Assembly: GCA_964012805.1 (NCBI GenBank)
Contig: CAXGUD010000007.1
Coordinates: forward strand, 68,987-132,986
Reading direction: 5' to 3'
Source: an uncultured Bacteriovoracaceae bacterium
GTDB lineage: Bacteria; Bdellovibrionota; Bacteriovoracia; Bacteriovoracales; Bacteriovoracaceae
Length of the DNA stretch: 64,000 nt
Positions within the stretch are counted from its first letter, which is position 1, and each line of letters begins with the position of its first letter. The position numbers were made by a program, and so were the translations under genes. The notes under the pieces are model-generated. The model was not told the origin of the DNA, ran no database searches, and saw nothing but the letters and a program-made list of their open reading frames with translations. Below are positions 58,732 through 64,000 of this stretch, in pieces.

Positions 58732-60362
58732 GATAACGCCTCAGAAGTTTTAAATTTGGAGTTTGGCGACTTTTTCTTGCGTCTGATCATATAATGCCAG
58801 AAACCGCCAAAAACAAGAAGGACTGACCCAAGATATTTAAAAGGTCTACCCGGGTCGATATTTGCACTCAAAACTGATCCATATATTTGACCATCGCCAA
58901 GTTTATAGTAGGAGGACTGATAAAATGTAAAGCCTTGGAACTTTAGGGGGTTGTTCATAAAAATATGATGGTTTTGTGTCCCGTTCTCAGTGAAGAGTTG
59001 GACAAAACTTTCGTAACTAGCAGGCTCATTTGTTCCTGGGTTCGTTTTCATCTTAAACCTATTGAGGGTTAACTCAAAAGGGAGCGAAAGAGTTTTCTTT
59101 ACGAGGTGGATTTTTATGTTTTCTCCGTCTACAAGTAAGTTGAGAGGTTTTTTATCTGTCACCCAGTAATTCTGCCCTCGTATTTCTGTAAGGATGGCTT
59201 TTTGATCGCCACGAATGAGCTTACTCTCCTTTTGAATGGGGCTAACATAATAAGGAACTTCTGCGGGAACTTTAGATGTTGTATGGTTAAGAACTTGAAG
59301 TTCAAAGCCCATCCAAGGTAAGTCAACTGTGTCTTCATTTTTTATCGTGAGAACTTCCCACTCACCTTCGACACTAAATGCAGCTTTTCTTCCAAAAAGA
59401 AAGAGGTGTGGTTTTTTCTCAAAGAGAAGTTTATTAAAAACTCTAATTGGGGACTGAGTTATAGGCTCTTTTTGGTCGTTATATGGCCAGGGAGAAAGTT
59501 CTGGAAAGAAGGAATAAAGAGTTTCTCCATCTTTTAAAATAACGAAAGATTTTCCCTCTGTCGTTTTGTTAATCGATATATTTTTCTCTTCCGGGGTATA
59601 GCACTCCCTTTTTATGCTGTCCCAAAAAATAAGCTTGCTTGGATTCTTTCTTCCAAAGCACTCTGCTAGCTTTTCAGGTAGGTAGTGAAGGTTTAAAAGG
59701 CCCATGGTCATTGATGAGCGAAAGTTGGGAGCTTCTGGATGAAGAGAGAGGACAAAGTCTTGGCTTATGTTGTCGTTAAACAGTAGGTATTGTGTACTCG
59801 GAAAGGAAACACCAAGTGGATACTGACTCTTTTCTTCAATCCATTCTAATTTATTTTCGCTATAAGGATAAAAGGTTTTAAATTTAATTTCATTATATTC
59901 TTCTTTCAGGTCTGTTTCTAAGGGAGTGTAAGGAAGGTTTAGAACTGCCATTTTTCCTTTTTGAGGAAGTCTTACCTGTACCTGATCTTCGCCTAGTTCA
60001 ACTTTTTGTGTTGGTGTGTTAGGGTCTAATGTAACATGCCCATCGATGCCAGAGTGCCAGGTGATAAAAGAGCCACAGGCCATAAGAATGAGACCGATAT
60101 GAATAGTATAAAAACCATAAAAAGTTTTTTTAGGTGGTAATCTTAAAAAAAGTGCCATGGTTATACTTAGGAACATGAGGAATTGAACACCCATGAAGAG
60201 CCATGTTTTGTAAATCATCCTGTTTGCGTAGTCAGTTCCATAAGTACTTTCAAGCAAGGTCCCAATAATCATTAAAATTGAGAATACAGAAAGTATGATC
60301 ACTGCGAATTTGAGAGTACCAAAAAACCGTTCTATTTTTAGCCAAGCTTTAGTTAAGTCCAA
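58728..60362 (-). CDS. resB: Cytochrome c biogenesis protein ResB/CcsB
   Basis: N-terminal TMs (GTLLES, IHIGL), large periplasmic domain, MNNPL, FYQSSY, DPGRPFKYLG; coupled to ccsA. Confidence 0.88.
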   Translation of the reverse strand: MDLTKAWLKIERFFGTLKFAVIILSVFSILMIIGTLLESTYGTDYANRMIYKTWLFMGVQFLMFLSITMALFLRLPPKKTFYGFYTIHIGLILMACGSFITWHSGIDGHVTLDPNTPTQKVELGEDQVQVRLPQKGKMAVLNLPYTPLETDLKEEYNEIKFKTFYPYSENKLEWIEEKSQYPLGVSFPSTQYLLFNDNISQDFVLSLHPEAPNFRSSMTMGLLNLHYLPEKLAECFGRKNPSKLIFWDSIKRECYTPEEKNISINKTTEGKSFVILKDGETLYSFFPELSPWPYNDQKEPITQSPIRVFNKLLFEKKPHLFLFGRKAAFSVEGEWEVLTIKNEDTVDLPWMGFELQVLNHTTSKVPAEVPYYVSPIQKESKLIRGDQKAILTEIRGQNYWVTDKKPLNLLVDGENIKIHLVKKTLSLPFELTLNRFKMKTNPGTNEPASYESFVQLFTENGTQNHHIFMNNPLKFQGFTFYQSSYYKLGDGQIYGSVLSANIDPGRPFKYLGSVLLVFGGFWHYMIRRKKKSPNSKFKTSEALS

Positions 60363-60507
60363 TGGAAAATTATCCTTATTACAAGTTACGAAGCCATTGT
60401 TTTGCTCGATCGCACACCCTATGACACCTTATCTACACACTACCCGTAAGCTAGCATATGAAGGGATAGTCATCAATATAGATGTATCAAAATTTGCAAT
60501 GGATTTG

Positions 60508-61224
60508 TTAGACTTTTATTACTCGAAAAAATAGATAAAGAGTTCCATATAGTAGAGGTTGATGCAGTATGTATATTTTAAGAGAATGGCGACCTAAAAG
60601 ACTTAGAGCAGAAAGTACTTTTCCATGGCCTAAATGAATTGTGTGGAATCCTTTTGCTTTGAGAAATAAACCGAGGCAAACCACGCCAAACCAAGGAAAA
60701 GGAGATATATAATCCATTGAAGCGTGAGGAAGTGTGAACCAGGGAAGATTTTTATCAAATAATGCGCTGGGAATTATTAAAGATAGAGAAATAAATAGCG
60801 CAAGCCTTGGGTAACGGAGGAGTGGAAGGGCCATAATACTGCAAAGCGCTATGCAGTGTAGTGTCCCAAAGTAAACCCAGGTTGTGGGAAAAAGAAACCA
60901 TGTCATAATGCTAATGCATATTGCCAGTACAGATATCTTATAAAACCTTGGTAAAAATTTTTTCCAATAGACTTTCTCCTCATGAACTAGGGATAGAGAA
61001 AGGCCCACTGCGATAAGAAAAAGGAATACGATCAGTCTAGGAAGAAAATACCAAAAAGGGTTTTTTGAGAAGTTGATTGTTAAAGCACCAAATATGGTTA
61101 AGTCGAAAAATAAGTGAAAAAATATCATTAAAACAATTGCAGCCCCTCTGATTTGATCAATAATGAAGTAGCGCTTTCTGTTCATATTCAGCTCTTCATG
61201 ACTTGCTTGATCTCTATTCGTCAT
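60508..61224 (-). CDS. DUF1624 / heparan-alpha-glucosaminide N-acetyltransferase-like membrane protein
   Basis: IDQIRGAAIVLMIFFH, FGTLHCI, DYISPFPWFG, LGRHSLKIYILHQP. Confidence 0.82.
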   Translation of the reverse strand: MTNRDQASHEELNMNRKRYFIIDQIRGAAIVLMIFFHLFFDLTIFGALTINFSKNPFWYFLPRLIVFLFLIAVGLSLSLVHEEKVYWKKFLPRFYKISVLAICISIMTWFLFPTTWVYFGTLHCIALCSIMALPLLRYPRLALFISLSLIIPSALFDKNLPWFTLPHASMDYISPFPWFGVVCLGLFLKAKGFHTIHLGHGKVLSALSLLGRHSLKIYILHQPLLYGTLYLFFRVIKV

Positions 61225-61903
61225 TGAGGTTTGCCTTTGGTGGTATGTATAGAAAAACTGGTTTATTTGACTGAATAAAAAACTCTCCGTTACTTATATT
61301 GCTTAAACCTTGCGATGAAAGAGGGAGAACCTTTGTGGGTCTTATAAGGGGGTATTTTATTTGTCCAATTATGGTGATCTCAGCTTCTTCTATGACAAAA
61401 AGACTAAAGGTACCGGTCAATTTTACATTGTGATGACCAGGAGGGAAACCTATAAAACTTTGATCGAATAGAAATTTAACTTTTCTATTAACTTTGTTTG
61501 AAAGAAGTACCTTATGAACTTCACCTAAATTGAATAATTCATGGTCTTTTCTTCCCCCAAGAAAACCAAGAAGATTTACTTTTTCTAGAGAAGTTTTTAT
61601 AAATTTAAGACCATAGGCGAGGTCTGAAAAACTTTTATTTATTGATAGCTTGGTATCCAATATCCCTTGGTAGGAGTCACCATCACCAACTCGAAGTGAG
61701 TTGAAAGGAGTTGCCGCCTCATCATCGAATGAGTTGAAAAAAGCCTGCTGAATATCCTCAAAAAAGTGAGATCCACCATCTATAAAGAGGAATGAGCTTT
61801 CCCTATGAGTGATTTTCAAGCTTTTTTTAAAAAGAGGGCCAATAATGAAGATTTCTTTTGAAAGCTTTAGGTTTTCTGCAAATATATTTTCTTTTTTTTT
61901 CAT
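61214..61903 (-). CDS. thiN: Thiamine pyrophosphokinase
   Basis: IDGG, VGDGDS, KSFSDL, GFLGGRKDHELFNL, IKYPL, GLSN. Confidence 0.8.
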   Translation of the reverse strand: MKKKENIFAENLKLSKEIFIIGPLFKKSLKITHRESSFLFIDGGSHFFEDIQQAFFNSFDDEAATPFNSLRVGDGDSYQGILDTKLSINKSFSDLAYGLKFIKTSLEKVNLLGFLGGRKDHELFNLGEVHKVLLSNKVNRKVKFLFDQSFIGFPPGHHNVKLTGTFSLFVIEEAEITIIGQIKYPLIRPTKVLPLSSQGLSNISNGEFFIQSNKPVFLYIPPKANLNDE

Positions 61904-61938
61904 AGTTGTTGTATAGGTATCTCTGAGAAAGAAATAGT

Positions 61939-62724
61939 GTGCGGTGTGTCTATTCGGTGCGCTTCACAATAGGAAGGATAGTGCATAGTTCATCTTTTGA
62001 AAAGAGTCTAGGTGTTTCAAAAAGGTTTGAGGAGCGTTTTAACTCTCTTCAATCCTTTCTTGCATACGACGACTACAAGCTTTTACTCCACAAAATGGAA
62101 GACTCTCCAAACAGTTTTTTTGCCGAAGTTCTTCTTGAGAGTGGAAAGGTGCTATCTTTTTGTTGTCAGATTGACCAAACCCAGAGGAGTTTAAAGAAAG
62201 CTTTTTTCCATGGAGATTTGACCTCTATTGACTCTGTCTTTTATGATGTCTTTTTAGAACTTACTTTGGGGAATTCTTTCGATGAAATTCATAGAATCCA
62301 ATTTAGAGAGGTTGAGAACTATTTAAGAGATCTAAATCATCAACCATCTATTGCGGAAGATTTAATTGAGAAACCCTCCTTTGAAGTTTTAAAGGAAGGT
62401 TTAATTGAACAGATACTCGTTACAATTTACAAATTAGAAACGAGTCATAAAGCCCCCATGATTTATAGAACTAATTTTGAGAGCTTGACTCTTGCTAAAA
62501 AACTTGGGGTATTAGAAAAATTTATTTATCATAGAGTTTCACCATATCTTTGCGAATGGGGCATTAATTTTGATTTGATCTATTTTGAGGAAGAAAAATT
62601 AATCGGTGCGCTAAGGGGGACTTTTACCCCAGATCCTTTAGTTTTGAAGAGCTTTGCTAGTTTCCTTCAAAATGTTTTAAAGGAAGCTATGGGGTTAAAA
62701 AAGCTAAACGTTTTTTTAGAGTAA
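61939..62724 (+). CDS. Hypothetical protein, possibly with a degenerate NifU-C-like C-terminus
   Basis: Long ORF. The C-terminal RVSPYLCEWGINFDLIYFEEEKLIGALRG loosely follows the NifU-C pattern but lacks CXXC. Confidence 0.5.
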   Translation: MRCVYSVRFTIGRIVHSSSFEKSLGVSKRFEERFNSLQSFLAYDDYKLLLHKMEDSPNSFFAEVLLESGKVLSFCCQIDQTQRSLKKAFFHGDLTSIDSVFYDVFLELTLGNSFDEIHRIQFREVENYLRDLNHQPSIAEDLIEKPSFEVLKEGLIEQILVTIYKLETSHKAPMIYRTNFESLTLAKKLGVLEKFIYHRVSPYLCEWGINFDLIYFEEEKLIGALRGTFTPDPLVLKSFASFLQNVLKEAMGLKKLNVFLE

Positions 62725-62770
62725 ATGTTTTTCTGGAAAAGTTTTGTTAAACGTATTAAAAAAAGACAAA

Positions 62771-62797
62771 TAAGATAAACAAGACACTTGCCGATTT
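62771..62797 (+). promoter_or_regulatory. Sigma28-like promoter upstream of the cytochrome c gene
   Basis: TAAG-N15-GCCGATTT. Confidence 0.4.
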
Positions 62798-62831
62798 AAT
62801 GGATAAAGTCATAATTTGAGTAGGAGAGAGG

Positions 62832-63140
62832 ATGAGACGCATTTTGGAAGTTAATTTCGCCTTAGTTGTATTTCTTTTTATAAGCCCCTTGATGGCTCAG
62901 GATGTTGAAAAAGGAGCATCTCTCTACAAAAAATGTATTGTTTGCCATGGAAAAAATGGAGAGGGGAAAAGAAGTCAGAAGGCCCCGAGAATTGGTGGAC
63001 AGTTCGACTGGTATATTTATCAGCAGTTAAAGGATATCAAATCGATGGTCAGAAAAAATGACGCGATGATGCCTTATGTGAAGAATCTATCTGACCAAGA
63101 CTTTAAAGACCTTTCAGCCTATATAAGCTCATTAAAATAG
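62832..63140 (+). CDS. Monoheme c-type cytochrome (c553/c554-like)
   Basis: Signal peptide, CIVCHG, PRIGGQ, axial Met in MMP, LSDQD. Confidence 0.93.
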   Translation: MRRILEVNFALVVFLFISPLMAQDVEKGASLYKKCIVCHGKNGEGKRSQKAPRIGGQFDWYIYQQLKDIKSMVRKNDAMMPYVKNLSDQDFKDLSAYISSLK

Positions 63141-63158
63141 TAGCTCATAAACAATGAG

Positions 63159-63191
63159 GGTGTTTTTTAATGGATAGGTTTAAAAAACACC
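63159..63191. terminator. Hairpin/terminator after the cytochrome c gene
   Basis: GGTGTTTTTTAA-N9-TTAAAAAACACC, a 12-bp inverted repeat. Confidence 0.6.
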
Positions 63192-63281
63192 TAACTGTTT
63201 TCTTTAATAACTTGTGATAATTTACTTATTTGATGTAGAATTAATTTTTAAAGGAAAGCCCGCTTTTAAAAGGATAATTAT

Positions 63282-63725
63282 ATGTCTCTTTCCTTTTCTA
63301 AGGCAAGTTCAAACCAGGAAATCCAAAATATTCTTGATTATAATATCAATGCTTTTGTTGATTCCCCTGGATTTACTTGGGATTTAAGCGGAATTAAGCG
63401 AGAAATTGATGGGGGTTGGGACCTATATGGTGTGCAATTTGAAAAAGAAATAATCGCCGCTGTTTTTTTGAGGGTCGATGGTGAAAACCTGTTTACTAAA
63501 AATACCGCTGTGAAAATAAACCACCAGGGAAGCGGTTACTCTCATCAAATAAAAGACTTTTTTGAGTTGAGGGCAAGAGAACTTAAGCTAAGAGTTATAT
63601 TCCATTTTTGTAGAATTGATGATTTTAGAATGTATTCTTTAAATGAAAGCCATGGTTATAAGAAAACAAGCCGGCGGCTTGGAAAAAATGGTGAAGTGGT
63701 GGAATGGCGAAAAACAATTGATTGA
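63282..63725 (+). CDS. GNAT-family acetyltransferase
   Basis: AVKINHQGSGYS (motif A QxxG), NESHGY (motif B-like). Confidence 0.7.
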   Translation: MSLSFSKASSNQEIQNILDYNINAFVDSPGFTWDLSGIKREIDGGWDLYGVQFEKEIIAAVFLRVDGENLFTKNTAVKINHQGSGYSHQIKDFFELRARELKLRVIFHFCRIDDFRMYSLNESHGYKKTSRRLGKNGEVVEWRKTID

Positions 63726-63768
63726 AAGGAATCTTGAATAACATAAATACTTATATGGAGGTAAAAGC

Positions 63769-64000
63769 ATGGCAACCAAGAAAAAAACAAAGAAAAAAGC
63801 TAAGAAAGTAGCGAAAAAAACTGCTAAGAAGGCCACTAAGAAAGCGGCTAAGAAGAAGGTAACTAAGAAGAAGACAGCTAAGAAGAAGACAGCTAAGAAG
63901 AAGACAGCTAAGAAGAAGACAGCTAAGAAGAAGACAACTAAGAAAACAACTAAGAAAACAACTAAGAAAACAACTAAGAAAACAGCTAAGAAGACAGCTA
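63769..64000 (+). CDS. Histone H1-like Lys/Ala/Thr-rich repeat protein, truncated by the window edge
   Basis: Not in the ORF track. GGAGG at 63757-63761, then ATG at 63769: MATKKKTKKKAKKVAKKTAKKATKKAAKKKVT(KKKTA)4KKKTT(KKTT)3KKTAKKTA..., open to the end. Confidence 0.85.
   Translation, partial: MATKKKTKKKAKKVAKKTAKKATKKAAKKKVTKKKTAKKKTAKKKTAKKKTAKKKTTKKTTKKTTKKTTKKTAKKTA
63865..63999 (+). repeat. Coding tandem repeats (15-bp and 12-bp units)
   Basis: AAGAAGAAGACAGCT x4, one variant unit, AAGAAAACAACT x3, then two 12-bp variants. Confidence 0.9.

Noticed and set aside
1246..63836. Many short antisense or alternative-frame ORFs in the track (e.g. 5604-5975, 13174-13551, 34276-34635, 38735-39067, 47586-48032, 63639-63836)
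   Set aside because: They lie within or opposite confidently identified genes and lack motifs or RBSs; shadow ORFs.
63865..64000. CRISPR-like array
   Set aside because: Repeats are contiguous 12/15-bp in-frame units without spacers, and there are no cas genes; this is a coding repeat.
1..64000. tRNA, rRNA or known riboswitch genes
   Set aside because: No cloverleaf, rRNA-like or recognisable riboswitch consensus was seen by eye in the short intergenic regions. An Infernal/tRNAscan run would be needed to exclude them formally.

Overview
AT-rich, densely coding bacterial chromosomal window made up mostly of core genes. Gene content and style suggest a predatory Bdellovibrionota (Bacteriovoracia/Halobacteriovorax-like) genome; this is an inference, not a database result. 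Housekeeping blocks: hemA-hemC(D), plsB, infC-rpmI-rplT, transaldolase, rnc-era-der, yfgM-bamB, dus, ffh-rpsP-khpA, glmM-pdxJ-nnr-tsaE, rrf2-cysteine desulfurase, a solitary fusA, exbBD, system II cytochrome c biogenesis (resB/ccsA) and thiN. These are interspersed with secreted or lipoprotein hypotheticals. Three genes are absent from the supplied ORF track: hemC(D) at the left edge, a 52-aa tatA, and a Lys-rich H1-like repeat protein at the right edge. The infC start also extends upstream to an ATC codon. I saw no rRNA, tRNA, CRISPR array, IS element or prophage. Most notable: (1) a translationally coupled AS3MT-like arsenite methyltransferase plus a divergent ArsS-like radical SAM gene with no ars resistance genes nearby (candidate organoarsenical biosynthesis); (2) a 1774-aa lipoprotein with 57 Cys; (3) sigma28-like promoters in front of several secreted/envelope genes; (4) two apparent pseudo-enzymes, a XerC/D-like protein and a PilZ-GAF-AAA+-HTH regulator; (5) a ~90-aa acidic insertion inside the second GTPase domain of Der.
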